Below the pieces are notes generated by a model that worked only from the letters and a program-made list of their open reading frames with translations, ran no database searches and was not told the origin of the DNA. A DNA stretch of 64,000 nt, taken from an uncultured bacterium. Lineage in GTDB: Bacteria; UBP4; UBA4092. Below, one piece after another: positions 1 through 10,067 of the stretch. Position numbers and translations under genes: made by a program. Location of the stretch: contig CAZXWN010000002.1 in assembly GCA_964644695.1 (NCBI GenBank), forward strand, positions 186,001-250,000, written 5' to 3'. Position 1 is the first letter of the stretch, and every line of letters begins with the position of its first letter.

Positions 1-573
1 ATGCCGGGTGGTGGGGCTGAACTGTTTGCGCCTCGAATTAGAGAGCTGATTGCCAAGGGAAAGATTGATGCCAAGACCTGGTTGTCCATCCATGAAAAAG
101 CTCACAAATTGGGAATTAAAACAAATGCAACCATGTTGTATGGTCATGTTGAAACCCCTGAGGAGAGAGTGGACCATCTTCTTCAAATAAGGGATTTACA
201 AGACCAGACGGGAGGCTTTTCCTGTTTCGTCCCATTAGCGTTTTATCCCCAGAATACCTATATAAAAAATCCAAAGTTGTCCGGAGGAATGGACGATTTA
301 CGGGTTATTGCGACAGCTCGATTGGTTCTGGACAATGTTCCTCATATTAAAGCCATCTGGACTTACCTGGGTTGGAAACTGGCCCAAACGGCTCTTTTCT
401 TTGGAGCAGATGATTTACATGGGACTAATCTGAATGAAAAAATTGTCCATGATGCTGGATCCCGGGAAGCCGCTATGATGGACCGTGATGTATTAGTTCA
501 AATGATTCGTGATGCCGGTCGGAGACCCGTATTGACGAATAGTGGATATTCACCGGCAGTGGAAGTGAATTGA
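1..573 (+). CDS. mqnE: Aminofutalosine synthase MqnE (CofH/MqnC-family radical SAM), 5'-truncated by window edge
   Basis: C-terminal half of CofH family (MPGGGAE, NATMLYGHVET..ERVDHL, HIKA.W, FFGADD); precedes mqnA and mqnC. Confidence 0.85.
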   Translation: MPGGGAELFAPRIRELIAKGKIDAKTWLSIHEKAHKLGIKTNATMLYGHVETPEERVDHLLQIRDLQDQTGGFSCFVPLAFYPQNTYIKNPKLSGGMDDLRVIATARLVLDNVPHIKAIWTYLGWKLAQTALFFGADDLHGTNLNEKIVHDAGSREAAMMDRDVLVQMIRDAGRRPVLTNSGYSPAVEVN

Positions 574-574
574 A

Positions 575-1390
575 ATGAGGATTGGCCGGTTAATATATCT
601 GAACAGTGCGCCTTTCTATTATGGTTTGGACAGGGGATTGGTGAAAGCTCCCGAGATGCAAATTATTCCTGGAGTGCCTGCGGAATTAAACCAGATGATG
701 GCGCAGGGTGATTTAGACATTTCTGTTATCTCTGCTATTGTCTATGCTCGTTATCATCATGAGCTGGTGTTATTACCTGATCTATGTGTGAGTGCAAATG
801 GTCCGGTGATGAGTGTTTTGTTGATTTCGAAAGTGGATCCGAGTCAATTGGATGGGAAAAAAGTTGCATTAACGACATCCAGTGCTACGGCCCAGGCTTT
901 GGTGAAAGTCCTACTGCATGAAATGTATAAAGTGAGTGTGGAGTATATCACTTTACCCCCGAATCGGGAAGCGATGTTGGAAGCGGCGGATGCCTGTCTG
1001 ATTATTGGTGATGACGCTCTTTTACTGGAGCCGGATCCAACCTTGAAAGTATACGATTTGGGACAGTTATGGAAAGCTTTTACTGGGCTTCCAATGGTTT
1101 TTGCCGTTGTTGCTGCTCGCCGGGCATTTGCCTCCCGATATCCTGATAAATTAGCCAACCTGTCTATTGCCATGCATCAATCTGTGCATCTGGCTCTCAA
1201 TTCAGTGGATGACTTTTCCAATGAGGATCGATTTCGAAGGGTATCCCAACGGATTTCATTAAGTAATTATTTCCGTCACCTCAGTTTTTCTTTCGATGAA
1301 CAGAGGCAAAAGGGTTTACTAAGTTATTATGAGAAGGCCGCTCGATTAAGTTTGTGTCCGGAGTGTCGGAGTCTGGAGTTTTGCGGATGA
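575..1390 (+). CDS. mqnA: Chorismate dehydratase MqnA
   Basis: MRIGRLIYLNSAP, GPVMSV, SATAQAL, LIIGDDAL, DLGQLW...TGLPMVFAV motifs; futalosine operon. Confidence 0.9.
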   Translation: MRIGRLIYLNSAPFYYGLDRGLVKAPEMQIIPGVPAELNQMMAQGDLDISVISAIVYARYHHELVLLPDLCVSANGPVMSVLLISKVDPSQLDGKKVALTTSSATAQALVKVLLHEMYKVSVEYITLPPNREAMLEAADACLIIGDDALLLEPDPTLKVYDLGQLWKAFTGLPMVFAVVAARRAFASRYPDKLANLSIAMHQSVHLALNSVDDFSNEDRFRRVSQRISLSNYFRHLSFSFDEQRQKGLLSYYEKAARLSLCPECRSLEFCG

Positions 1391-2493
1391 ATGTGGATAC
1401 CAGGTCATGGGAGACGGCTCTTCAAAAAGCATGGGATGGAGAACGGCTGAGTATTGATGAGGGGCTGGCGCTTTATGATGCGGATTTGCTTTTATTAGGC
1501 AAGACGGCTGACAGGCGACGAAAACAGGTATTCTCTGGCCGGGAAAATATCATCACCTTTGCGGTAAACCTCAATTTAAACTTCACGAATTTATGTTATA
1601 TCGGATGTGATTTCTGTGCCTTTTTCCGGAAGTCCACTGATGCTGATGTGTACTTGTTAAGTCAGGAAGAAATACTCAATAAAATTGAACAATTAGTCCA
1701 AATCGGAGGAACGGAAGTCCTTCTTCAAGGGGGGCTTCATCCGGAGTGTGACCTGGATTACTTTGTTGAATTATTTAAAACTATCCATGAACGATTCCCT
1801 CAGGTTTATATCCATTCATTGTCTTGTACTGAAATTGTAGAACTGGCTCGCCGCCATCAAATCTCTGTCAAAGAAGTGTTGGAAACTCTGAAATCTGCCG
1901 GATTAAAATCCATTCCGGGTGCCGCAGAAATTTTAGTAGATCGGGTCCGGGGAATAATCTCTCCCCGAAAACCTGATACGGCCCAGTGGATGGACTGCAT
2001 GGAAACGGCGCATCAGCTTGGAATGGAATCTACCGCGACCATGACTTTCGGTATGATCGAAACGCATCGGGAACGCATTGAACACATGGCAAAAATCCGG
2101 GATTTACAGGACCGAACCCATGGATTTCGTGCCTTTATTGCCTGGACATTCTCTCCGGCATACACCAAACTCTCACATTTGAAACAGACCGGTGGAGTGG
2201 AATATCTGAGGACCGTGGCCATTGCCAGACTCATGTTGGATAATGTTTCCCATATCACCTCCGGATATGTTACCGAGGGAATGAAAATGGCCCAGGTAGC
2301 ATTAAGTTTTGGGTGTGATGACATGGGTGGAACTCTGATGCAGGAAGAAGTCGTTGCTGCCACTGGAAGTGGAGTTCCTTTTACCAATAAAGAAACGCTG
2401 ATTCGTACTATTCGAGATGCAGGTTTGATTCCTGCGCAACGCAACAGCGAATATGAGATCCTCCAGACCTTTGATGAGGAAGCTCAATCATGA
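1387..2493 (+). CDS. mqnC: Cyclic dehypoxanthinyl futalosine synthase MqnC (radical SAM)
   Basis: NFTNLCYIGCDFCAF CxxxCxxC, LLQGGLHP, STATMTFG; start moved to ATG 1387 (ATGA overlap with mqnA stop). Confidence 0.88.
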   Translation: MNVDTRSWETALQKAWDGERLSIDEGLALYDADLLLLGKTADRRRKQVFSGRENIITFAVNLNLNFTNLCYIGCDFCAFFRKSTDADVYLLSQEEILNKIEQLVQIGGTEVLLQGGLHPECDLDYFVELFKTIHERFPQVYIHSLSCTEIVELARRHQISVKEVLETLKSAGLKSIPGAAEILVDRVRGIISPRKPDTAQWMDCMETAHQLGMESTATMTFGMIETHRERIEHMAKIRDLQDRTHGFRAFIAWTFSPAYTKLSHLKQTGGVEYLRTVAIARLMLDNVSHITSGYVTEGMKMAQVALSFGCDDMGGTLMQEEVVAATGSGVPFTNKETLIRTIRDAGLIPAQRNSEYEILQTFDEEAQS

Positions 2494-3218
2494 AGCCTGT
2501 TGATATCCCTTCCGAACCCCGGGAGAAGTCCCGTTATGTCCAATCCTTGTTTGATTCGATTGCCGGGACTTATGATCTCCTCAATTCCCTGTTAAGTTTC
2601 CATATAGATTCTCTATGGCGAAAACGGACGGTTAAACTGGCGAATGTCCCACAAGGTGGAACGGTTTTGGATTTATGTACAGGGACTGGAAAGTTAGCTT
2701 TTGATTTTGCCCGTTATTCTTTGGCCGGAAACGTGATTGGAACGGATTTTTCTCCCGTCATGATAGAAACGGCCCATAAACTCCTTCAACGTCATCCGCA
2801 AAAAACAAAAGTAGAATTTCAAACGGGGGACGCATTAGACATTCACTATCCCGATAACCAGTTTGATGCCGTTACCTGTGCTTTTGGTTTACGAAATCTG
2901 GTTGATTCGGACCAGTATTTCAGGGAAACATATCGGGTCACAAAACCAGGAGGTAAAATCCTGACTTTGGAACTGACCCGTCCTGCCAATCCTCTGATGA
3001 AAATAATTTATTATCCCTACCTGAAAATTTATCTCCCGATAATGGGACGTCTGGTGTCTGGCCATGGCGCTGCTTACGATTATCTGGCGCAAACAATCAG
3101 CGAGTTTACTTCTCCCGAAGTGCTGGCCGAAAAAATGCGATTGGCCGGATGGAAGGATGTCCAGATAATTCCACTCACAGGCGGAATATCCACCCTCTTG
3201 ATGGGCACTAAACCCTGA
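2490..3218 (+). CDS. menG: Demethylmenaquinone methyltransferase (UbiE/MenG)
   Basis: FDSIAGTYDLLNSLLS, VLDLCTGTG, AFGLRN, AYDYL; ends mqn operon. Confidence 0.9.
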   Translation: MKPVDIPSEPREKSRYVQSLFDSIAGTYDLLNSLLSFHIDSLWRKRTVKLANVPQGGTVLDLCTGTGKLAFDFARYSLAGNVIGTDFSPVMIETAHKLLQRHPQKTKVEFQTGDALDIHYPDNQFDAVTCAFGLRNLVDSDQYFRETYRVTKPGGKILTLELTRPANPLMKIIYYPYLKIYLPIMGRLVSGHGAAYDYLAQTISEFTSPEVLAEKMRLAGWKDVQIIPLTGGISTLLMGTKP

Positions 3219-3259
3219 GAATGTTCCTTGTGTTATGATGTAACTTGAGGTAAGTAACC

Positions 3260-4315
3260 ATGTTTATTATCAGGGCATTTCAAGGCGTTCTTTTATCCAC
3301 TTGGGATATTTTCCTGGATTCAGCACCCTATCTCCTGTTTGGATTCTGGATTGCAGGGTTATTGCGTTATTTTGTGCCGGCAGGACATATTGCACGGTAT
3401 TTAGGGGGAAGAGGATACCGTTCGGTATTATTGGCCTCCGTATTTGGGATTCCTTTACCCTTGTGTTCATGCGGAGTCATCCCGACTGCGATTGGTTTGC
3501 ATAAGCAGGGTGCAAGTAAAGGGGCTACCATGGCCTTCATTGTATCCACACCCGAAACGGGAGTCGATTCCATTTCTATTTCATATGCCCTTTTGGACCC
3601 CATCATGACCGTTTTTCGTCCGATTGCGGCATTTATTACTGCCTTTGTGGTTGGTACGGCGCAGAATACTCTTGATAAACAGGGTGAAAAGTCCTGTCCA
3701 GTAACCAGTCAACCCAAAATTAACGGGCCTGATTTGAAATCCCTTTCATTCATGCAAAAAATAAAAAGGTCAGTTCGATATGCTCTGGTGAGTCTTTTGG
3801 GGGATTTGGCTCCCTGGCTGATTATAGGAATGTTGGTTGCGGGGCTTATCAGTTACATGATCCCTGACCGATGGTTACAGGAAAACATGGGGTCTCCCTG
3901 GATAACGATGCCCCTGATGCTGGTGATAGGGATACCTCTTTATGTCTGTGCGACAGCTTCAACTCCGATAGCGGCCATATTGATTTCCAAGGGGATGGAC
4001 CCTGGGGCGGCCCTGGTATTTCTATTGGCAGGTCCGGCAACCAGTGTGGCGACCATGACGGTTGTGGCAACATATTTTGGAAAAAAGACATTAGGGATTT
4101 ATTTGTTATCTATCGGGATATGTTCGCTGGTCTTTGGGGTGGTACTAAATGGGATATATGCTGGATTTGGATTAAATCCTGCCGTCATTATTGGACATGC
4201 CCGGGAGATACTTCCTGACAGTATCCGATGGTTCTCGGCGCTCATTCTTATAATATGCATTCCCTACGCCTGGTTAAATGAATACCGCTCAAATCATCCA
4301 AAGTCAGGGAACTGA
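3260..4315 (+). CDS. DUF318/ArsP-like permease (SO_0444-type putative metal efflux permease)
   Basis: PLPLCSCGVIP, STPETGVDS, PLYVCATASTP, LLAGPAT; multiple TM helices. Confidence 0.8.
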   Translation: MFIIRAFQGVLLSTWDIFLDSAPYLLFGFWIAGLLRYFVPAGHIARYLGGRGYRSVLLASVFGIPLPLCSCGVIPTAIGLHKQGASKGATMAFIVSTPETGVDSISISYALLDPIMTVFRPIAAFITAFVVGTAQNTLDKQGEKSCPVTSQPKINGPDLKSLSFMQKIKRSVRYALVSLLGDLAPWLIIGMLVAGLISYMIPDRWLQENMGSPWITMPLMLVIGIPLYVCATASTPIAAILISKGMDPGAALVFLLAGPATSVATMTVVATYFGKKTLGIYLLSIGICSLVFGVVLNGIYAGFGLNPAVIIGHAREILPDSIRWFSALILIICIPYAWLNEYRSNHPKSGN

Positions 4316-4365
4316 TTTGAATGAAATCGGGTTTATTCTATTAATACCAAAAGGAGGTTGAATGA

Positions 4366-4944
4366 ATGAAAAATATGACTTGGAAATGGATTGCTTTTTG
4401 CAGTATTTTCGTTTTTGCCATTGCTTTTGTGATGGGAAGTAGTGCCAAGCCAGCGGGAAAGGTGAAACCGGCTTCCGAATTTTCTCTTCAGGATATTAAC
4501 GGGAAGACCCATAAACTCTCAAATTATAAGGGCAAAGTCGTTCTGGTGAATTTCTGGGCGACCTGGTGTCCTCCCTGCCGTCAAGAAATCCCCGATTTTA
4601 TCGAAATACAGAATGAAATGAAAGATAAAGGTTTTGTTATTTTAGGGATATCGGTGGACAATGATGGTGCAAAAGCCGTTAAGCCCTTTGCGGAAAAAAA
4701 CAAAATCAACTACCCGATGTTATTAGCCGATAATAAAGTGGTGGCTGATTATGGTGGAATCCGGGCTATCCCTGCATCCTTCCTGATAGATGTGAATGGC
4801 AATATCGTCAAACAATGGGTGGGTATTCAAAGCAAAGAAGAAATGGTGCGAGATATTACCCCACTATTGGCGGCGGTAAAACCTGCTAAACCTGCACCGG
4901 CTAAAGCACCGGCAAAACCAAAACCCACTCCCAAGAAAAAATAA
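4366..4944 (+). CDS. TlpA/ResA-family thiol-disulfide oxidoreductase
   Basis: Signal/anchor, VNFWATWCPPC, Pro/Lys/Ala tail; AGGAGG RBS. Confidence 0.9.
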   Translation: MKNMTWKWIAFCSIFVFAIAFVMGSSAKPAGKVKPASEFSLQDINGKTHKLSNYKGKVVLVNFWATWCPPCRQEIPDFIEIQNEMKDKGFVILGISVDNDGAKAVKPFAEKNKINYPMLLADNKVVADYGGIRAIPASFLIDVNGNIVKQWVGIQSKEEMVRDITPLLAAVKPAKPAPAKAPAKPKPTPKKK

Positions 4945-4975
4945 GTATAGTATCGTCAGTTATATCAATCCCCTG

Positions 4976-5011
4976 CCTGTTGGAATTCGTCAGATTCCAA
5001 CAGGTTTTTTT
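4976..5011 (+). terminator. Rho-independent terminator
   Basis: CCTGTTGGAAT / ATTCCAACAGG stem followed by T7. Confidence 0.8.
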
Positions 5012-5115
5012 ATGGATTGTGGCGGCGTTGGAGAGGTGAGGAACCTGTCAGGAGTCCATACTGTGGTGGTATAATCTAACCATTAACTCCCTGTATATTT
5101 GAAAGGATCTTTCAG

Positions 5116-5562
5116 ATGATGCGTTTTATATTGTATGTGGTGGTTGCTGCGGTATTTTTTGCCGGTGGATATTTTGTCGGTGCCCGGAATCAGGGGCAGG
5201 TTGAACAAAAATTAAGCAATGCCCAGGTTATTGTGGCCTCCAGTAAAGATAAGGCCACTGAAAAACTGGATGAAGTTCTCTTAAAACTCCGATTGGCTGA
5301 AGTCCGCCAGAAAATCACGGAAGCCAAATCTCTGGCTCAGGACAAAAACTTTGCGGCTGCGTCTCAGGAGCTGCAGGGTGCCAAAACAACTCTTGATTCT
5401 CTCCTCGGCGATGTGAAAGAAGACCTGCGTAAAGAATTTACCCCTGTGGTTGTGACCATTGACGAAGCAAAGATGGATTTGGATAAGAGTGATGAAGCCG
5501 CAACCACTAAACTGGAAACATTGAAAACTCAAGTCGGCGAAATCTGGAAGAAAATGCCCTAG
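5116..5562 (+). CDS. Hypothetical membrane-anchored helical/coiled-coil protein
   Basis: N-terminal TM helix then K/E/A-rich helical sequence. Confidence 0.7.
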   Translation: MMRFILYVVVAAVFFAGGYFVGARNQGQVEQKLSNAQVIVASSKDKATEKLDEVLLKLRLAEVRQKITEAKSLAQDKNFAAASQELQGAKTTLDSLLGDVKEDLRKEFTPVVVTIDEAKMDLDKSDEAATTKLETLKTQVGEIWKKMP

Positions 5563-5617
5563 TCTTTCCGTCCCCTTTTACAACTAAACTCCCAGCCTCA
5601 AAATAATACGTAACCTT

Positions 5618-5662
5618 CGAAGAAACCACGGACCTGCTCGGACCAAGTCCGTGGTTTCTTCG
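5618..5662. repeat. Palindromic element family B, copy 1
   Basis: CGAAGAAACCACGGAC-ctgctcggaccaa-GTCCGTGGTTTCTTCG (16-bp stem); same loop in reverse at 37116-37128. Confidence 0.75.
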
Positions 5663-5745
5663 TTTCTATTGACGAAGCAGAAACGAACCGGGTCGGTCCG
5701 AACCCACAAATTTACCAGGCAATCATTCACCCTATTCCCCGGATT

Positions 5746-5832
5746 TGTCATTCCTGCATGACCTAAGCAGGAATCCATAAGGGCTTATGTCTTAAATCAA
5801 GATTCTGGATTCCTGCTTTCGCAGGAATGACA
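5746..5832. repeat. REP-like family A, inverted doublet 1
   Basis: TGTCATTCCTGCATGACCTAAGCAGGAATCCA (5746-5777) and inverted TGGATTCCTGCTTTCGCAGGAATGACA (5806-5832). Confidence 0.85.
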
Positions 5833-5915
5833 GATTGGTTTTACTTTATTTCTTCATACTTTTGTTTCTTCAGACAGAATGTTTCTTTATTGGGGACAGT
5901 TCTTTCCCTTTTTCA

Positions 5916-5985
5916 TGTCATTCCGGGCTTGACCCGGAATCCACAAGGTTCCGTATCTATGGATTCCTGCTTTCGCAGGAATGAC
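5916..5985. repeat. REP-like family A, inverted doublet 2
   Basis: TGTCATTCCGGGCTTGACCCGGAATCCA (5916-5943) and inverted TGGATTCCTGCTTTCGCAGGAATGAC (5960-5985). Confidence 0.85.
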
Positions 5986-6028
5986 CGTTCGGATTAGCGA
6001 GTTAGGTAGCCTGAGTTAAAAACAATTG

Positions 6029-6057
6029 TTGACAGTCCATGATAAAGGGTATAGATT
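6029..6057 (+). promoter_or_regulatory. Putative sigma-70 promoter
   Basis: TTGACA-N17-TAGATT upstream of 6096. Confidence 0.5.
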
Positions 6058-6095
6058 GGTGACAATGACGACTGAAAAAGGGGATTCAACAACCT

Positions 6096-7157
6096 ATGAG
6101 GACGATAAAACAATTACTTTGTTTGTTAGTTTTAGTATTGATGATTTCGCTTTCTTTTGCTGAGGGTGAAGGAGGATGGGTGAAAGTTGGTGACTCCGTG
6201 GGTATGACGATGGAAAGCCCAATGATTTATTTTGATCATAAACTGGTTACTCCCAGATGGCCTGATTGTATTCAAATTCTTCCCGTAACAGATACTGGAG
6301 AAGTAGGTGAATGGAATGGTTTCTCTCCTCAGGGATTGACTGTTTATCGTAGATTATCAATAGCAACGACAGATAAATATATGTTTTTATCCGGTGGATA
6401 TTACGAAACCATGATGTATCAAAGTGGATATGTGCCTGCTTTATATCAATTAACTTTAAGTCCAGACAGTATAGGGTATGTGGCTTATTCAGGTTCAATG
6501 GATACTCCCCGAGGAAAACATTCAAGTTTGATGGTGAATGATTATTTATATATGTTTGGGGGAACTGGTAACTCTCTTGGTTTTAATCAATTATCTACGG
6601 TATCTTACGCCAAATTTAACCGGACTACTGAGCGGCTCGAAGAATTCCAGTCTGGATATCCCTTTAAACAAATTCAAGGTCCGGTTTATTCTTCTTTCAG
6701 GTTGGGAAATAAAGTTTATTGTTTTGGTCCGCGAATTATAGATGGATGGGTTGATTTACTTGAACGACCATATTATATTGAGTCTGCCGATATTCAGGAA
6801 GACGGTAAGCTAGGTCCTTGGAATATTACAGGGGGTCCGTATAAAGGTATTTATCCGCCAGTGAGTGCAATCTTTACTCAACAATCGACCCTATTTGTAT
6901 TTGTGAATAGAAAAAGTTCAAGCGAAACAATAAATCCTTGTTATGCAATGGATTTAAAAGATGGTGGAGTCGAAGGAAATAAGTTTAAGTCGGTGACAGG
7001 TTTTACCCCATCAATCCTTGGTGGTTCAGATCTTGGTTTAGGTACATGGGGTCGTTTTATTTGTGTTACTGATAACTATAACTACATCTATGACCCCTTA
7101 TTAACGAGTGCTCCATTGTTTGAAGAACCAAATAGTGATAGAAGTCTCTATGATTGA
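6096..7157 (+). CDS. Secreted Kelch-like beta-propeller protein
   Basis: Signal peptide (..SLSFA|EGE), Kelch-like segments MDTPRGKHSSLMVNDYLYMFGG, DGKLGPW; AT-rich. Confidence 0.6.
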   Translation: MRTIKQLLCLLVLVLMISLSFAEGEGGWVKVGDSVGMTMESPMIYFDHKLVTPRWPDCIQILPVTDTGEVGEWNGFSPQGLTVYRRLSIATTDKYMFLSGGYYETMMYQSGYVPALYQLTLSPDSIGYVAYSGSMDTPRGKHSSLMVNDYLYMFGGTGNSLGFNQLSTVSYAKFNRTTERLEEFQSGYPFKQIQGPVYSSFRLGNKVYCFGPRIIDGWVDLLERPYYIESADIQEDGKLGPWNITGGPYKGIYPPVSAIFTQQSTLFVFVNRKSSSETINPCYAMDLKDGGVEGNKFKSVTGFTPSILGGSDLGLGTWGRFICVTDNYNYIYDPLLTSAPLFEEPNSDRSLYD

Positions 7158-7159
7158 CG

Positions 7160-7185
7160 GTCATTCCTGCGGAAGCAGGAATCCA
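7160..7185. repeat. REP-like family A, single copy
   Basis: GTCATTCCTGCGGAAGCAGGAATCCA immediately after the stop of 6096-7157. Confidence 0.85.
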
Positions 7186-7304
7186 GTATCTTATCTTTAT
7201 TCTGAGTCATAACAGGGGTGTTACATCGGTTTCCAACCGGTGGACACCCCTGATTGTTTTTATAGGGGAGGATACTTTATCGAAGGTTGCAGAACAGAGA
7301 TAAA

Positions 7305-9176
7305 TCAATGGTGCTGAAGAAAGACTAACAGAACAGATATATCACTGGGAGACACTCCAGCAATACGGGAGGCTTGCCCCATGTTCACAGGTTGGATTTT
7401 AATGAGTTTTTCCCGGGCTTCGTTGGCAAGTCCCTTGATTCGGTTATAGTCGAATCCGATGGGGATTTTTTTGGATTCCAGTTCTCTGAATCGTTCCGCC
7501 TGTTTGATTTGTTTATCAATATAACCCTGGTATTTGATTTGAATACTGGTTTCTTCCTTTACCCGGAAGGCAGTGTTCAAGGATTCAGGATTCAGAGAAC
7601 CTAATTCATTCCAGGTAATTTCCGGTCGGCGGAGATATTGTTCCAGAGAGACGGATTCTTCTCCTCCCTCCGCTCGCAGAGAGGGAACTTTGACCCTGAC
7701 TGTTTTTAGCCGTTTCTTTTCTGTCTCCAGAGCGTCCCGATAATCATTAAACTTTTGATATTGAGAATCGTTGATCAGTCCTAACCGATGTCCTGATTCC
7801 ATTAATCGGAGGGCTGCATTATCCTGCCGAAGGATCAGGCGATATTCGGCCATAGAAGTAAACATTCTGTACGGTTCGGTGTGTTCCTTGGTAACCAGGT
7901 CATCCAGAAGGACTCCGATATAGGCTTGTGACCGGTCCAAAATAAAGGGCTGCTCACCTCTGAGTTTGAGGACGGCATTAATTCCCGCCATGAGTCCCTG
8001 AGCGGCTGCTTCCTCATACCCACTCGTACCGCAAATCTGGCCTGCTATATATAACCCTGAAACCGTTTTGATTTCGAGTGTAGGGTAACACTGATGGGGC
8101 GGAACAAAATCATATTCGATGGCATAGGCCGGCCGTAATAATTCAGCCTTTTCCAACCCTTCGATAGACTGGATAAATTTAACCTGAATATCAATGGGGA
8201 GTGAGGTGGATATGCCATTTGGATATATGGAGGTCCTTGCCCTGTCCTCCGGTTCCAGAAATATCTGGTGTGCTGTCTTATCTTTAAATCGCATAATCTT
8301 ATCTTCAATCGAAGGGCAATACCGGGGCCCCCGGCCTTTGATCACTCCCGTATAGAGAGGGGACCTGTCCAGACCGGATAAGATGATTTGATGGGTTTTC
8401 TCATTGGTATGGGTAATATGGCAAACTTCCTGAACTAAATCCAGTTTTTCCGTTAAATGAGAAAAGGGCGGGGGAGGTTCGTCTCCCGATTGAATGGACA
8501 GAATATCCCAGTTAATAGTTTTGGGGTCCAAACGGGCTGGTGTCCCAGTCTTTAACCGTCCCAATTCCAGACCCAGGTCAGTTAATGATTCAGAGATACC
8601 CAGAGCCGGCTTTTCGTCATATCGGCCTGCTGAATAATGTTCGAGTCCGATATGGACGAGTCCATTCAGAAAGGTGCCGGTAGTTAATATGACTGCGGAT
8701 GCAAAATATTCTTTTCCGGATTCACACTTGATCCCGGATATTTGGCAGGGAGGTCTTGTAGAGTCGGGAGTCTTTTCCCAAAGGAGTCCGTTCACCATCT
8801 CTATTGCCAAGTCCAGGTTAGAAGTTGATTTAACGACCCTGCGGCAATAATCCATGTATTGATATTTATCGGCTTGTGCGCGAGGTGCCCAAACTGCCGG
8901 CCCCTTGGATTGATTCAACATTCGGAATTGGATTCCCGTGGCGTCTGTGGCTTTCCCCATTTCTCCACCCAGAGCGTCTATCTCCCGGACCAGGTGTCCC
9001 TTTGCCAATCCCCCAATGGCAGGATTACAAGGCATCTGACCGATAGTTGCTTCATCGCCAGTGACCAGCAGCGTTGACATACCCATCCGGGCGGCAGCGA
9101 GTGCCGCTTCAATACCGGCATGACCTGCTCCGACGACGATGACATCATAGGATGACGATAATTCACGGGATTTCAT
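7305..9176 (-). CDS. mnmG: tRNA uridine-5-carboxymethylaminomethyl modification enzyme MnmG (GidA)
   Basis: GAGHAGIEAA, MPCNPAIGGLAKG, GPRYCPSIEDK, GYEEAAAQG. Confidence 0.97.
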   Translation of the reverse strand: MKSRELSSSYDVIVVGAGHAGIEAALAAARMGMSTLLVTGDEATIGQMPCNPAIGGLAKGHLVREIDALGGEMGKATDATGIQFRMLNQSKGPAVWAPRAQADKYQYMDYCRRVVKSTSNLDLAIEMVNGLLWEKTPDSTRPPCQISGIKCESGKEYFASAVILTTGTFLNGLVHIGLEHYSAGRYDEKPALGISESLTDLGLELGRLKTGTPARLDPKTINWDILSIQSGDEPPPPFSHLTEKLDLVQEVCHITHTNEKTHQIILSGLDRSPLYTGVIKGRGPRYCPSIEDKIMRFKDKTAHQIFLEPEDRARTSIYPNGISTSLPIDIQVKFIQSIEGLEKAELLRPAYAIEYDFVPPHQCYPTLEIKTVSGLYIAGQICGTSGYEEAAAQGLMAGINAVLKLRGEQPFILDRSQAYIGVLLDDLVTKEHTEPYRMFTSMAEYRLILRQDNAALRLMESGHRLGLINDSQYQKFNDYRDALETEKKRLKTVRVKVPSLRAEGGEESVSLEQYLRRPEITWNELGSLNPESLNTAFRVKEETSIQIKYQGYIDKQIKQAERFRELESKKIPIGFDYNRIKGLANEAREKLIKIQPVNMGQASRIAGVSPSDISVLLVFLQHH

Positions 9177-9370
9177 AATACTATATATTTTACCGCACCA
9201 TGTATTGATATCTTACTTATTCTACGAAAGTTGCATTCAGGTTAAATCGTGTATGACTCCACCAACCTTTATTCAAGGGTGTGATATTATGAGACTTATG
9301 AGAGGTCTGCTTCATAGTTAGGCCTTATGGAGTGACCCCGAAACAGGATGATCATCAAGTCGAGGTATCC

Positions 9371-10057
9371 ATGTTCACAACTAACTATAAAGATATCAAG
9401 GGTAAACTCATCGCCGTTGAGGGTTTGGATGGTTCAGGTAAATCCACTCAAATCTATCTGGTGAAACGATGGTTGGAACTTCAGGGAATCAAAGTCTTTT
9501 TCACGGAATGGAATTCCTCCCTGTTGGTGAAAAATGCGACCCGCAAAGGGAAAAAACGTCAGCTGTTGACCCCCACGACTTTCTCCTTGATTCATTGTAC
9601 GGACTTCGCTGACCGTTGGGAAAGACAGGTCCTGCCCCTTCTGCGGGCTGGTTATATCGTTCTTGCTGACCGTTATATTTACACGGCGTTTGCCCGTGAC
9701 TCCACCCGTGGATGTGATCGGCAATGGCTTCGGAATTTATACCGGTTTGCCATGCCTCCAACCTTGACCCTGTTTTTTAAAGTACCTCTGGAGACGGCTC
9801 TCTCCCGAATATTGGATAATCGACCGGAACTGAAATATTTTGAGGCGGGTATGGATTTGGGCTTATCCACGGACCCTTACGAGAGTTTTCGAAAATTCCA
9901 AACCATGATAAATAATGAGTATTTGAAAATGGTCAAAGAGTTTAATTTTACGGTGGTGGATGCGACACAACCGATACATGTTCAACAGGCAAAAGTCAGG
10001 GAATTGATTATGACTCAAATCGACCTGCCATCCTATCGTTCTCGGACACGGAAGTAA
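9371..10057 (+). CDS. Thymidylate-kinase-like protein, intact P-loop (candidate catalytic subunit of heteromeric polyP kinase)
   Basis: EGLDGSGKSTQ, TEWNSS, LADRY; GAGG RBS before ATG 9371. Confidence 0.8.
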   Translation: MFTTNYKDIKGKLIAVEGLDGSGKSTQIYLVKRWLELQGIKVFFTEWNSSLLVKNATRKGKKRQLLTPTTFSLIHCTDFADRWERQVLPLLRAGYIVLADRYIYTAFARDSTRGCDRQWLRNLYRFAMPPTLTLFFKVPLETALSRILDNRPELKYFEAGMDLGLSTDPYESFRKFQTMINNEYLKMVKEFNFTVVDATQPIHVQQAKVRELIMTQIDLPSYRSRTRK

Positions 10058-10067
10058 GGGGGATACC

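Noticed and set aside
5584-5778. Short ORFs over repeat regions (also 37093-37391)
   Set aside because: They are translations of palindromic repeats with no coding signal.
5746-5985. Repeat cluster as a CRISPR array
   Set aside because: Copies alternate orientation, vary in length and spacing, and no cas genes are present.
7213-7252. CAGGGGTGT...ACACCCCTG hairpin as another repeat family
   Set aside because: Single copy in the window, between convergent genes; more simply a terminator.
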